Notes under the pieces: generated by a model
What the model was told of the DNA's origin: nothing
Database searches by the model: none
The model's input: only the letters and a program-made list of their open reading frames with translations
Position numbers and translations under genes: made by a program
Assembly (NCBI GenBank): GCA_963693365.1
Contig: CAVNZM010000001.1
Coordinates: 12,817,918 to 12,881,917 of the forward strand
DNA: 64,000 nt
Source: Amoebidium appalachense
Lineage: Eukaryota; Protista; Ichthyosporea
Direction of reading: 5' to 3'
Shown here: positions 1-18,425 of the stretch, in pieces
How the letters are laid out: each line of letters begins with the position of its first letter
Numbering within the stretch: the stretch's first letter is position 1

Positions 1-141
1 TACTAAAGCTAATCTAATCCTAACATAATAAAACAGGTGAATGAAAGCTGACTGCTGCTTGCTTGCGGACCGTTACGGCGGGGGCATGACCGTAAACAAC
101 CCTTCGATCCCTTTGCATTTTGGGCCTTGGGGGGCTCTAAA

Positions 142-167
142 CCCCCCTTTAACTATATAAAGGGGGG
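142..167 (+). promoter_or_regulatory. TATA-like element inside a 10-bp inverted repeat upstream of HRD1
   Basis: CCCCCCTTTA-ACTATA-TAAAGGGGGG, with TATATAA at 154-160, ~220 nt before the HRD1 ATG. Confidence 0.3.
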
Positions 168-380
168 CATAAAAACCTTGCTGGGGGCGATTCATTGATT
201 TGCTATATCCGGTCAGAAAGTTACGTCACTGGGGCTCACAGACGGACAGATCTCAGAGACGACAAGGCGGCCGGAGACAGCTGAGGGAGACACAGAGACG
301 AGATCTCTAGAGGGACAGACACACAGCCTGGCCGTCAGAAGACACACAGACACAGACACACACAGAGAGAGCAGGGCGCC

Positions 381-712
381 ATGCAGCCGGGCCACTATGT
401 GCTGCTGAGCGGTGCAGCCACGGGGCTGGTGGTGGCGCACGCGCTGGCCCAAAAGGAGCAGTTCTACCTGGCCTGCCTGTACCTGGTGGACGACCGCACC
501 TCCGTGCTGGTGCGTGCTCCCCAGCATACGCACAACCGCCTCCACACACGTACATGCACACGCACGCACGCATGCACATGCACGCACATGCACGCATGCA
601 CATACACAGGTGTACGCATGCTCACACAAGCAAAGGCACATACATGTGCCCATGCGTGCGTGCACATGCATACGCACCTGCACCTGCACAAGCATTCTGC
701 GTCAGCATGAGC

Positions 713-743
<31 letters not shown>

Positions 744-1261
744 AAGTTACGCACACGCACTCATACGCAGGTGCACGCACACATACCTGAGCGCACACGT
801 TGGCTGGGTGTCGTGCTTGCGGGGGCCGCCTTATCTGTCGATGCCCATTGTGCAAGTCACACACTTACGCACAAGCACATGCCACGTATGTACATAGGCA
901 CCGGGTGCACACACCCAGCACACGTACTCACACACGGTAGCACCGTAACCTACAAGCAGACACATACTGAGTCACAGAGGGGTGGGAAGACATGAGAGAA
1001 TGCAATACGGTGTGCCTAGCTGTCCATGGCAATGTTGTGACCAGCCGTCAGCACCATATACTACCAATACCGCATGACCACTGCTACACTTCGGAAACCA
1101 CACATTTTTCATCACAAGCAGCTGCCATGATGTTCGTTGTAGTGCTTTTTGGGGGTGCACCGAGGGGAGGGGCTGGGGGGGGAGGGGGGGGGGGATATGT
1201 GTGCTTGTGCACAGCTGGAGCTGTGTGATATGCCGTTAGATCTGCGTGTGCGTGGGCACCC

Positions 1262-1305
<44 letters not shown>

Positions 1306-1679
1306 TGAATGGCAAGAGTGGGAGAAGATGGGGGCTAAGGGGGGCGGTGCAGATTATGTACAATGCAGCGCTGGTGGCCATTGCCTGTGTCTGGACGCTG
1401 TGCCGAAAGGCCTTCTTTGGGCCCCTTCGTGCCATCGAGCAGGAGGTGTGTGTGTGTGTGGTGGCGCTGTGGTGCTAGGGGGGGGAGGGGGGTTGGTGTG
1501 GGTGTGTGTGTCTGTGTGTGGTGCGGGAGGGGGGGGGCGGGGGGGACTGGTGTATGTGTGAGCGGGTGTCTGTGTGTGGTGCCGGGGGGGGGGGGGGGGG
1601 GAGGGAGGATTGGTGTGTGTGTGTGTCTGTTTGTGGTGCTGGGGAGGGAGGGGGAATGGTGTGCGCGCGTGTGTGGGTC

Positions 1680-1734
<55 letters not shown>

Positions 1735-4542
1735 TGCTGACTGGGGCCACAGGGGGTGTATGCCAAAACGTGGCTGACGGTGGTGGACACGTGCCTGGCC
1801 ATGTCCATCTTCCGCGATGAGTTTGGCGCCGGGGCCTTCTTTCAGTTCATAGCCCTGCTGTTCATCAAGTCCTTCCACTGGCTCGCCGCTGAGCGTGTGG
1901 ACTATGTGTGGCCCCACAGCCCTTGGGGGGGGGTTGCTTGCTGGGGCGGTGGCTGACAGGGTGTTGGGGGTGGGCAGATGGAGCAGGCACCTGCGCTGGG
2001 GCGGCTGTTCCACGTGCGCATGCAGGGGGCATGCACGCTGCTGCAGCTGACCGACCTGCTGATGATGTGGCAGGCTGCAAACAGTGTGCTGGCCCATGGG
2101 CCCTCGGTCAGCATCCTCTTTGGCTTCGAGGTAGGCATGAAGGGGGGGGGGGGGGGGGGGGGGGGGGGTCAGGGGGAGGGAGGATGTGGGTACTGACAGG
2201 GCATGTATTTGTGGTGCAGTATGCGATATTGGCCACGCAGATGTTTGGCATCACGTGCAAGTACGTGCTGTACTCGGTCGATGCACAGAGGGCCACGGCC
2301 ATGGAGGACAAGGCCACATACATGGTCTATATCGAGATAGCCACTGGTACGCACGAGGTTTTTTTTTTTTTTTTTGGGGGGGGGGGGGGGGAGGGGGGGG
2401 GAGGGGGGGAGGGGGGAGGTTAAGCCGGTGGGAGCAGATGCGTGCCGGCTGGGGCTGTATGCGGCGTTCTTTGGGGTGCTGGCGCACCACTACGGGCTGC
2501 CCATCCACATCATGCGGGAGCTCTACATCACGGCCACCACCCTGCTGGCCCGCATCACGGGCCTGCTGCGCTACTGGCGGGCCACCAGAAACATGAATGA
2601 GCGGTAGGCATTGTGGGCCCCATGCAGGGCTGTAGGATGTGGCATGGTGCTGACCCTGCTTGCAGCTACCCCCGATGCCACGGCCGAGGAGCTAGCAGCC
2701 ACGGACGGCATCTGCATCATCTGCAGGGAGGACATGACCGCTGCTAAGAGGTCGGCACTCCAACCCCCCCCCCTTCCTTCCACCGCTTCTCCTCCCCATC
2801 CCCCCTCCCCCTCTTTCCCCAAACACTTGCCCGGCTTTCCTGACACTATTCCTCCCCCCCCCCCCCCCCCCCCCGCCCCCCGTCTCCCCCTCTTCTCCTG
2901 CCCACTTGCGCGGCTGGGTCAGGCTGGCCTGACACTGCTCCCCCCCCCCCCCCCCCCCCCTCCCCCCCCCCTCCCCTCCCCCCAGGCTGCCGTGTGGGCA
3001 CATCTTCCACCTGGCCTGTCTGCGGTCGTGGCTGCAGCGGCAGCAGACCTGCCCCACATGCCGCATGTCCGTGCTGGTCGACCGTAAGTGGCCCTGGCCG
3101 ACTCGTTACGTGCTGTGGGCCAGCAGGGGTGTAGCAGGGTGTTGTTTGCTCGTGGTGGGGCGGTAGAGGGCAGACATGGTCACATGGAGGGGAGAGAGGA
3201 TGCAGGGTGTCTGTGCTGGGTGGATAGGTCATTGCCCATGGAGGGGAGAGAGGATGCAGGGTGTCTGTGCTGGGTGGATAGGTCATTGCCCATGGAGGGG
3301 AGAGAGGATGCAGGGTGTCTGTGCTGGGTGGGATAGGTCATGCCCCATGTCCCATGCCGGGGGCTGAAGTTGCATGGCCTACTTGTGGGTGTATTTGAAA
3401 CTGCCTGGCTGTCCCTCTTCCCCCTCCCTCTCCTGAAAAACACACACACACACAAACACGCACATTAAATTGTATTTGCTGTTGTGTGCCCCATCATAAT
3501 GTGCTGAGTTCAGATCAAGAAAAAGTACCGTAGATTTATTTGTTTAGCTCCCCTTGCCATGCTTTATGTGCTAGACCCTTGGACCGTATATTCCTGTTTT
3601 GCCTGTGCCTGATCTGTGTACAGCCCCACCCCAGCCACCGTCTTTGTCTCACCCCCCCCCCCCCCCCCCCCCCCCTCCCCCCCCCCCCCCCCCCCCCTCC
3701 CTCCCTAGAGCCTGCCCGGGCCACTGCCGCAGTGCAGCAGCAGAGAGCCGACCGTCTGGCCCCCCAGCAGCCACCCCCAGTTGCTCAGCCCCCTGCCATG
3801 CCCCCTGGCCCTCCCGGCATGCCCCCTTTGCCACCAGGCATTCCACCTTTACCCCCCGGCATGCCCCCTTTGCCACCAGGCATTCCACCTTTGCCCCCCG
3901 GCATGCCACCAACTATGCCTCCCGGCATGCCACCAACTATGCCACCCGGCATGCCCCATATGCCGCCTGTGCCCCCCCCTGCACCCGGTATGTGCCCCCC
4001 TACTGTGTGGTGTGTGGCTGCATCCTGGGCTGACTGCCTGCCCCCAGCAGGTCTGCAGCCCCCCCATGTGCCCCCAGTGCCAACAGATGGGCCCAGCCAG
4101 CCAGCCCCTGCAGGTGGGCATGCCATCCTTTGCATGCACCTGTCTGCCCGTGCACACTGACACCACCATGCAGGTCCTGCGGGCCCCAGCCAGTTTGCTC
4201 CCACATGGCCCCCCTTCCCCCCGGCTGGCTTCCCGCCATTTGCCCCCATGCTGCCTCCTTTCCCTGGGCTGGGCCCGGCATATGGTGCAGGTATCTATTA
4301 TTGGGGGGGTGGCAGGGGGGGGTGCAAGGGCCAGGCAGGGTGCTGACTTTTTTCTAGGGCCCAGTGTGGATGGGCTCAGTGCAGTTGAGCTGGGCAGGCT
4401 GGTGGCTAGCGAGGAGCAGAGGCTTGTGGCCCGGCTACGGCTGCTGCAGGAGATGGGGGCACACCTGGAGGCCGTGCTGGGCATGCAGGCCACATACAAT
4501 AGGACATACCTGCAGGGGCAGGAACAGCCGAATGAACAGTAA
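381..4542 (+). CDS. SYVN1: ERAD E3 ubiquitin ligase HRD1/synoviolin, ~12 exons
   Basis: GT-AG exons give [15 protein letters not shown] / [11 protein letters not shown] / [26 protein letters not shown] / SILFGFE|YAILAT / [20 protein letters not shown]|[23 protein letters not shown]|[26 protein letters not shown] (RING-H2), then a Pro-rich tail; TAA at 4540-4542. Approximate exons 381-490, 1353-1445, 1753-1905, 1978-2130, 2220-2346, 2438-2603, 2666-2750, 2986-3083, 3710-3987, 4031-4093, 4174-4290, 4358-4542. Confidence 0.95.
3183..3345. repeat. 54-bp minisatellite x3 in an HRD1 intron
   Basis: Unit CATGGAGGGGAGAGAGGATGCAGGGTGTCTGTGCTGGGTGGATAGGTCATTGCC. Confidence 0.9.
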
Positions 4543-5151
4543 ACGAATGAGGGTTGTGGGTCTCAAGGGCACACATGTGTGGCAGTCCCTAAGTAGCTGT
4601 CGGTTCGTGGCTATGTGTGTGTCGCTTGTAGGGCAAATGGCACGGTGTGGCTCGTGTGTATGTGTGTGCTGCATGGCCATGTGTGTGTGGCTGTTGTAGA
4701 CGACCGATGCATACGCAATTAAAATGGTGTGATATGTTATTTGGCACCGCTGGGTTATTGGCTGACCTTATCGAGTAATTTTTTACTTCAAATGATTGGA
4801 GTATTAAACAATTACATCATTAAAATCATAGGGTTAGAAGGTCATGGACCGGTCAATTATCGGCACTATAAACGCTGTGTCAGTAATCCCGCAAAGCTTC
4901 CTACAATGGGGCGGCCGCGGGTCGTAGTTGTGAAACCAACTCCCGGGAATTGAGACACCATTTCCATTTGTGTTTCAACTATTATAGCAACTACAGGAAA
5001 TGGAGTCTAGCTATACAAGAATCGCATATTTATATGTAAGACAAAGTGCAGTCCTGTGTCTAACAAAATCTTGTTTGGCCTAACTTTACAGCTGAAGTCT
5101 TAACCTGGATGAATGTAATTCCTCTATCACACACGTACGACTCGCCCCACA

Positions 5152-5353
5152 GCTGGGCCTATCAGTAGCCATCTCGCTGCAGGCACGGGCCGTGCTGCTG
5201 GACCTATCAATAGCCATCTCGCTGCAGGCACTGGTCGTGCTGCTGGGCCTATCAGTAGCCATTTTGCTGCAGGCACTGGCCGTGCTGCTGGCCCTATCAG
5301 TAGCCATCTTGCTGCAGGCACTGGCCGTGCTGCTGGGCTTATCAGTAGCCATC
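5152..5353. repeat. 45-bp minisatellite, ~4.5 copies
   Basis: Unit GCTGGGCCTATCAGTAGCCATCTCGCTGCAGGCACGGGCCGTGCT, no spacers. Confidence 0.9.
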
Positions 5354-5699
5354 GTCACTGTGCATAGCACCATGTAAGTGCCTGTGGCCTTATCAACCGG
5401 GCATGCACGCCGATCTAGTGTGATCTGGTATGACGGAGTGTGATCTAGTGTGATCGGGGCAAGCAACTGGGGCTGCTCGGCGAGATGGCACAGATGTCGT
5501 GGTGGATGTTCATACATGGTGCCTGTGCGTGGCTGAGTGCGTGCGGGTCTGCCGTGCACTGAAGACATGTGCTGTGTGCCTGCACACTCCTGGAAACTAA
5601 GGCCAATGATGGCACAGAATTGTAGAACTTCAGCTCAGGACTAGGTCACTTGGCTTGGGGAGCTCCAGAAGGGGGGGGGGGGGGGGGGGGGGGGGACGG

Positions 5700-8600
5700 G
5701 GCACACCTGTCCTGGTCCGGAAGCTGTGGCCGGTCCATGGCATGGGGTGAGAGTTTGCAAGGTGTTAGCGGGGGCCAGGTATGCAGCCAGTACCCTGGGG
5801 GGCAGCAGGCACCACACATACCTGCAGGGTTCGCGACTGCAGTGGGCGCAGGCCAGGCATCCCGCAGGGTGGCCGGCTGCCAAACAGCTCACAGTTGAGG
5901 GCCTCGAGCTCCCTGCGGATGAAAAGGATGGTTCGCCTGCTGCGATACTTGGGCTGGTGCAAAGTCAGTGCATGCACTGGTGCTGCATGTGCATAGCATG
6001 TGCATAGCATATACATGCATGTGCATAGCATGTGCATAGCATATACATGCATGTGCATAGCATATACATGCATGTGCATAGCATGTGCATAGCATATACA
6101 TGCATGTGCATAGCATATACATGCATATGCATAGCATATACATGCATGTGCATAGCATGTGCATAGCATATACATGCATGCGCATAGCATATACATGCAT
6201 GTGCATAGCACATACATGCATGCGCATACCATGTGCATAGCATATACATGCATGTGCATAGCATATACATGCATGTGCATAGCATATACATGCATGTGCA
6301 TCGCATATACATGCATGTGCATGCCATTGACATTCATGTGCATGCCGCTGCATATTATTTGCATATCATGTGCATGCACGAGCATATCATGTGCATGCAT
6401 AGGCCAATCCTGTGCATACATGGCCACGTTGGCATGTGTGTGCATACGCAAGCATGGGCATAAAATTTGAATGGGTAAAATTTTCTCTGCAGGGACGGGC
6501 ATATGGAGCATTTGGTTTGCATGTGTGGGCATAGGGTTTGCATGCATGACATGCATATAACTCCCTCTGCATGCATGACATGCACATAACTCCCTCTGCA
6601 TGCATGACATGCACATAACTCCCTCTGCATGCATGACATGCATATAACTCCCTCTGCATGCATGACATGCATATAACTCCCTCTGCATGCATGACATGCA
6701 TATAACTCCCTCTGCATGCATGATATGCATATAACTCCCTCTGCATGCATGACATGCATATAACTCCCTCTGCATGCATGACATACATATAACTCCCTCG
6801 GCATGCATGAAATGCATATAACTCCATCTGCATGCATGCCCACCATGCCAGTCCCCCCCCCCCCCCCTCCCCCCCCCCCCTCCCCCCCCCCCCCCCCTCC
6901 CCTAGTGCGTGCAGCAGCCACACACCCTGTATGTGCGGTCGTACTGGCTGGGCCCAAAGGTGCTGCCCACCGCCACCACCTCGCTGAAGGCCACCAGCCG
7001 ACCCTCCCTGCTGCCACTGGCCCCCTGCCTGCATGTGTGCCTGTGTCTGAGACCACGGTCTGGTGCCCCCTATGGTATTCAACACCATCAAACAATCTAC
7101 CTGCAAAAGGTGCACGAGTGGCATGTACCTTGCTGGCTTTCTTCCCTAACCAGACCCCCCTCCCCCCCCCCCCCCCCCCCTTCTCCCCCTACTCCCTTTC
7201 TCCTTCTCTCTCTCTCTCCCCTCCCCCGCCTCCCCCTCCCCCCCCCCCTCCCTCCCCCCCTCCCCCCCCCCCCCCCCCCCACCCCACCCCACCCCCACCA
7301 CCACCACCACCACCACCACCACCACCACCACCACCACCACCACCACCACCACCACCACCACACACCGTGGCACCAAACACACACACACCACCACCACCAC
7401 CACCACAAAAAAAAAAAAACCAAAAAAAAAAAAACACCCACACGTCACCCCATACTGCATGGACATCCTCCGTGCACCGCACCCAATCAGCCCTGCACCC
7501 ACAAGCGGCCGGGGCGGTGAGGGGTGGGGTGGGGTGGGGGGGGGGGAGTACGGGACACTGCACGTTTGGGGCCGGTCCAGGCTGGAGGTGTCTGGTGGGC
7601 CACCACCACTGCAAAGGCCCTCGGCCGCTCCTCCCTCACCTGCCCCCATGCTGTCAGCACCCTGTACGTGTGTGCCACCACACACGCATAGTGGCAGTGT
7701 TTAGACACAGACACACATGTCTGGGCAGTAAGTTCTACACACACACGTATCTTGGCTGCTTGCACGTGCACCCACAAGGACAAAAACACGTGTGTATTTT
7801 CGTTTCATGGACTTATGGTATTGGTGCTATGGATAGTGCCCATATTGTTCTGTTGAAGCCGTGTGTGTATGCGGACGTATTGTGTGTGTGGGCACCCACG
7901 GTGGAGGAGCTGTGTGCGTGCGCGCGCGTGCGCGTGCGTGTTTGTGTGTGTGTGTGTGCGCGCGCGCGCGTGTGTGTGTGTGCGCGCGCCTGTCTATGTG
8001 CGTGTGATCCTTGTGGGTGCAAGTGTGCACTGTGCCTGTTGCTTTCTGTTTAGACCGTGCGTTGTCTTATGGGAGGACTTCAGGTCCAGTACCAGGTGCG
8101 GTCTGTTGTGTGCCGTCACCGTTTGCTTGTAGGTCGTTGAGCAGGGTTGTGTCCCTTTCCAGCAGCCAGGCCGTCTGCAGCTGGCCACCTGCCCCGCCCA
8201 GGGCCGCCCGCAGTACCCCCGTCCACGTGGGCCCCTTCGTGCCCTCCGGCTGCACCTGCTCCCTCGCCCTGTCAGCCCCTGAGCCCCCTCCCCTCCCCCC
8301 CCTCCCCCCCTCCTCCCCCCCAACTCCCTCCCTCCTCTCTCCCTTACCCGTGTGGCGCGCAGACGGTCCACGGCCTGACGCCAGCCACTGCCTCTGCGTG
8401 GCTTTGTGCCGTCCTCCATGGCACGGTCCACCCCTTTAGCACGCCATGGGCTGGCCCATAGCGAGCCCTGCAGTGCCGTCCTGGCCTGGCCTGTGGTGGG
8501 TGGGTGCGGGCAACAGGGCACGTGCCCGCAGGGTGGCAAGCACACGCAGGGGCCGAGTGGGACGCTGGGTTCCAGGACACAGGCACAGGCCTCTGTGATA

Positions 8601-8702
8601 GCCCGTGGAGAGTTACAGCAGGTGAAGGCCTGGTACGAGGGTTGGTTGAAGACGCAGGCCCCCAGGAACCTGAATGGTGTCCCTGGCTATTGGAGCATGT
8701 AG
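5700..8702 (+). CDS. Probable spliced gene of unknown function (boundaries uncertain)
   Basis: Exon-like GC-rich blocks bounded by AG/GT near 5700-5956, 6906-7034, 7581-7663, 8054-8095, 8133-8270 and 8362-8702, separated by repeat-filled introns; no recognisable domain. Confidence 0.35.
5985..6322. repeat. Satellite of ~22-bp units (GCATATACATGCATGTGCATA-like)
   Basis: Direct reading; built from GCATGT/GCATA sub-units. Confidence 0.9.
6539..6838. repeat. 29-bp satellite, ~10 copies
   Basis: Unit GCATGCATGACATGCATATAACTCCCTCT. Confidence 0.9.
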
Positions 8703-10972
8703 GCGCACTAACTGCGTGCCACCAGCACGGGCACTAGCAGGGCCATGCAATACATGCAAAATGTATGTGTGCTCTCAACGGTTCACCGCCACCCTCCTGC
8801 GCTCTGTCAGTCCGTCTCAGCCCGTGAGGAGTCGCACTTCAGTCGTCGCCACCAGTGCTGGGCCAGTCACACACATCACATATTTCACACCCTGGGTGCA
8901 TCGCTAACTAACCAATGATATTACAACCTCGCACATTCCACATTCTACAATTAGAGATCTCAGAGTCTCGCCAGTGGCCACCACATGTATGTACACACGT
9001 GGCCGCCACCGGCACATCACGTGGTCGGCATGCAATTTCAAACCATGCCAGCCGGACTGCCACACACCAAAAGTACACTAGGGTGTGCAGCAAATACAAG
9101 ACGGATGCTTCTCACAAAGCTCTGCCAGTCTGCCTCTGCAGCCAGCAGGACATGGCCGGCACCACGCGTGGCGTCGGTGGTGTACATGTACATATGCATG
9201 TGCGCGTGTGTCGGCGTGTTTTCATCGTGTGACGGTGCGCGTGTGTGTTCTTGCATGTGCGCGTGTATTTGTGTTGTGTGTGTGTGTGCGTGCGTGCGTG
9301 TGTGTATCTGTGTGAGAGAGTTTAAGTGTGTGCGTTTGTGTATGCGTGCGTGCGTGTGCGTGCGTGCGTCCATGCAGGTATGCATGTGTGCCGGTGCACG
9401 CAGGTCCAGCGGGTAGCTGCTACTATTAACAGGGCAACACACATGGCACGGACCTGACATGGAAGTGTTCATATCTGGTGGATGGCAATGCTTTGACTGC
9501 CATACGTGGCATTATGCTGCCATGCATGGCACGTGAAGGGTGACACTCTGCAAGACGCGTGCATCTAACAATGTGTGTGGTACGCACACACAGTACCCAA
9601 GTGCATTTTATTTGCATCGGATCTACCAGCATGGCCTAGAACAATTCAACCCCTATCAGGACATGTGCTTATCCGGCACCAAACATACCACATATAAGAA
9701 TTACTGCACCACACTCCCTCCTCACCCCAACCCACACGACGCTCCCCACACACTTTCTTTTTCTGTTTTTCTTTAAATTTTTTATTTTTTCTTCTTCTTC
9801 TCCTTCTTTTGTCATAGTGGGTTTGTCTGCGCATGCTTTGTCTCGGCTATCTTGTTTGTAGCTGCTTGATTATTGTGTCTGGTTTTTGGCTCTAGCTCAT
9901 AAGTTATGGTAGCTGGCATCAACAAAGCGGTGTATTTCCTCTGTATATCATGTTTGACATAGTCGATCATGTAGTGTTTCCGGATTGGACGGAGGGAACG
10001 GCCAATTGAAGTGCAATGATCCCTTTAACTAGTTATGTATCTACTGCTTTAATGTGGCTTGGCTGCGTTTATATTCCACCAGTCTCCCACGTTTTGTACC
10101 GGCCACATGATGCGCACGTGCTGATGCCCACACGTCCGGTCCGGGTGAGGTGACTGGCAGGGGGTTGGGGAGCCCACATGAGGGGGTATGCAGCTCGGTG
10201 TTGGTGTGAGGTATTAGGTGTGTGTGACACTACGCACGGTGTTGAGGATGTCAGGGCATGTGGTCCAAGTGCATGTGCTTAACGGTGACACTGTTCATGT
10301 GTGCGTCCGTGCATGTGTGTGTGCATGTGTGTGTGTGTGTGTGTAAAGCCTATGCATGTTGACAGTGTGTGTTATGGGTGTGTGATAGTGTACACGTGTG
10401 TGGACATATGCATGCGTTTCTCTTTGTGTGGCACCGCTAATGTATGTGTAGATGCCGATTGTGTGTTTGCTTGTGAAGAGGGGGGGAAGGTCTCATTGCT
10501 GTGGTACATGGGAGAGCCTGCATGTGTGTTCTTCATGACACTTGTGTGCACCCGCACAGGCGCCTGTGTAACTGTGTGCATGTGCTCAGTGTGCGCACAC
10601 ATACCCCTGTGTGCCTGCCTGCCTGCCTGCACATGTGTTTATGTATGTGACATTGGGTGTATGTATATGTGGGTGAGCATGACATTGTGTGTGCATGTGT
10701 GTCTGTGTGTGTGGTGGTGGTGTGTGTGTGTGTGTATGTGGGGGGAGGGGGGGGGAGGGGGAAAGGGGGGGGGGGGGGGGGAGGGGGGGGAGGGGGGAGG
10801 GAGAGAAGGATTTGTATGGTTCAGTGCCTGTGGTATGTCTTCATGTGTGTCAAGATATCGATGTGGCCAAGGTTTCAGAGCTCCCACATTTATTTATCGT
10901 CTATGTGGGTGCTGGGTCTGTGAGCTCATCAATCTGTCTCTCGGTTTGGAAACGTCATATTGCATAGCCCAA

Positions 10973-11010
<38 letters not shown>

Positions 11011-11390
11011 TGTGTGCGCGCGCGCGTGCCAAAAGGCTATGCGTGTGTGTGACAGTGAGCTCACGAGAACATGTGTGCACATGACTTGCGTACATGCACA
11101 AATTTGCGTAGAACAATGCACAAAGGGCATGCCAGGTATGTGCATGCCATATATGGGCTCTGAATTTCACGTGCCTAGTGCTGTGCTCCGCACGACCATG
11201 CACCCTCCATCCTGCCGTCAGATGTGCACACACAACCATGCATCCTCGCGTGGCTGGTAGAGTGCAACACCTGCACCATGAAATCACTAATACCCAGGCC
11301 ACCAACCAAGCAAAGCAAAGCAAGGGGCCAATAGGAGGGCTCATGTGCTCTCAGGCCCACCCTCTTTCATACGTGATGCTCTTGATGGCC

Positions 11391-15955
<4,565 letters not shown>

Positions 15956-15969
15956 CGTGCCCCATACCC

Positions 15970-16026
<57 letters not shown>

Positions 16027-16204
16027 CCCTGCCTGCCCGCCTGCCCGCCTGCCTGCCTGCCCGCCTGCCCGCCTGCCCGCCTGCCCGCCTGCCTTCCTGC
16101 CCGCCTGCCTGCCTGTGCGGCCGTCGCAACCAGTATTGCACCTGGCCTAACTTGCACCGGCCGTAGTACCAGTAAAGAGGCTTTGTCCACCGGACCAACG
16201 TTGC

Positions 16205-16670
16205 ACGTCTACTGATTGGCTTCTGAGAATCCAAATGCTTTCTTCAACTTTATTCGAACTCTGACAGCTGAGATCGGCTGGGATCGGCTGGGATCGGCAA
16301 ACCAGTTGCCAGTCAATCGCAAAGAGATCGATAAGGATGAAAGCCTGCACTCACACGGCAGTACTACCCTAAATCTAAGGGCCGATCGTGAGTGCAAGCT
16401 AACCGTAAACTGAGTGAGGGCAAAAGGAAGAAGCGGGCTGGGTATAAGTGGCGCTGAGTGAGGGAAGACTGATCAAGGCTTCTCTCGGCTGCAGCTTTTA
16501 TAGCCTGCAGCCAAGATTCAGCGCCAGACCATGATTGGTGGGATACATAACAATTATGCTTTCTTGAAAGATAATTGGTGTATTTCCACCCAATCAGGTC
16601 ATGATTCAAAGAACCAATCGAAATAGTTTCACTATTGATGATTGGCTTCTGAGAATCCACATGCTACTGC
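16205..16670. promoter_or_regulatory. CCAAT-box-rich promoter region upstream of BRMS1L
   Basis: Several GATTGG/CCAATC motifs; block TGATTGGCTTCTGAGAATCCA(A/C)ATGCT occurs twice (~16214 and ~16640). Confidence 0.45.
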
Positions 16671-16689
16671 GACCAAACAAAAGGGGCGA

Positions 16690-18425
16690 ACGATAAAACC
16701 AATGGAAAAAACGGATTGGCGGACGGGATCGCCTTCACAAAGGCGGGAGCATGAGCGTCGGGCGAGGCGATCCCGTGTTGGAATCGGCAGTGATCAAGAA
16801 GGCCAACATCCACGTCTGCCACCGCCAGCGAGTCGAAACTAAAACGGGCCGGGCCGCGGATGAGTCACAGTTCGGAGGAGGGCTCGGAGCTCCAGAACGG
16901 CGCTGGGAAGTCCACGCTCGTGCGGTTCCCAGCGAGCCGCCAGCAGGACCGGTGGGCGGCGGGGGGAACAAAGAACCGCACCCCATTTTTGGAGCGTAGC
17001 AGCATCTGTGTCACAGTGACGCTGGGGAGAGGGGGCCACAGTTCGTACGGCGGGAGTTGGGGGATGCGGGTTGGGAGGGAGCCGATGATTTGGAGGAGCC
17101 GGCCCGAAAGGCGAAGCTTGTGGCGCCTCCTGGAGCCGGGCCGACCCGAAAGGACGCCATAGACGGGTCGGATCAGGGTCAGGACGTGGGGAACCGCGGG
17201 CCGAAGACTCACGGCCAGGCCAAGCCAACGGGAGACGAGCTTGGCAGACACAAAGCGGCCGCGGCGTGACACACGGGCATGACCCATCACCGGGGCTGCC
17301 GTGGCCTCCCTGATCTTGGAGAGGGAGGCCGAGGTTGGACGGAGCTGGCCTTGAAGCAGGTCGATGGTAACCCCCAGGTGGTCCAGCACATGGGTGGTGG
17401 GCTGGCGCTGCAGACCGTGGGCGGACAACAGCTGGGTCACCAGATCTCGAACCCCATAAATCCGAGGGGATCGATCGACAATCAAAAAATCGTCCAAATA
17501 AATGCACGCTCACACCCCAAATCCGAGGGGATCGATCAACAATCAAAAATCGTCCAAATAAATGCACGCTCACACCCAAGCCTGCGCAGAGTACGGCCGA
17601 AGCAACGCATAAGCTGGGTGAAGAACCAGGGGCTCTGTGACCAACCAAAGGGGAGGACGCAGTACTGGAACAGGCGGCCCTGGACCCGGCACTGGATGTA
17701 CTTGCGGATGGCCGGATGGAGGGAGAGAGCGTGGTAGCCAGACTTCAGTTCGAAGCTGAATCCGAGATCCCCCCGCCGCGCCAACACTGCCAGGTCGTGG
17801 AGACTGTCGAACTTGGTATGCAGCGGGAGGCATGCAGAATTGGTCGAATACGGATCGATGATTGGACGCCGGGAGCCACCGGACGTGGCGACCGTGAAAC
17901 ACGGATGAACTTCTTGAACGCAATATGATTGGCTGGGAGAAATTTCTTCCAGCTCGCCATTGGCCACCATTTCCAAAGCTAGATCCAGGATGGTGGACTC
18001 GGGCACATTGTCCACCGGAATATAGTAGCCATGGTCGGCTGGGGGAGGAGGGCCCGAGGGGCCCCACCGAGGAAGGACGCCGTGACGAATCCATCTGAGC
18101 ACAAAGGAACTGGCGCCGTTCCTTTCCCACTCCGCCGCGTGATCCCGTACTCTCTGACAGAGGGGAGTGGGGTGTATGGGACGCGGAGCCACCAGTTAGT
18201 GAGCGGCCGGGGCGGGAGGTTCATGACGAGGGGCCCCACGCCCACGGCAGGCCGGGCACCATTGGACGGGTTGCCAAGGACGTTGGCTGAATTCTGGTCG
18301 TTGCCGAAGTCGGAATCACGTGCAGGGTTACGGCGTGCAGCACTGGCGAGCTGGAGACTGGCGGCCTTCTGCCTGGCGGCCACCAGGCCCCGGGACCAGG
18401 CGGGCAGGAACTCATGGGAGCTGAC
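16690..18425 (-). mobile_element. Degenerate DIRS-type (tyrosine-recombinase class) retrotransposon, RT + RNase H fragment
   Basis: W..NGASSFVLRWIRHGV, RPIID, FSFELKSGYHALSLHP, QYCVLPFGWSQSPWFF, IYLDDFLIV; RNase H TDAAT..WGAV, WEPHE..SAVLELRAL. Frameshifted; no recombinase visible. Confidence 0.82.

Noticed and set aside
16690-18425. Methyltransferase or tyrosine recombinase in the DIRS element
   Set aside because: No such motifs visible; the element is truncated after RNase H
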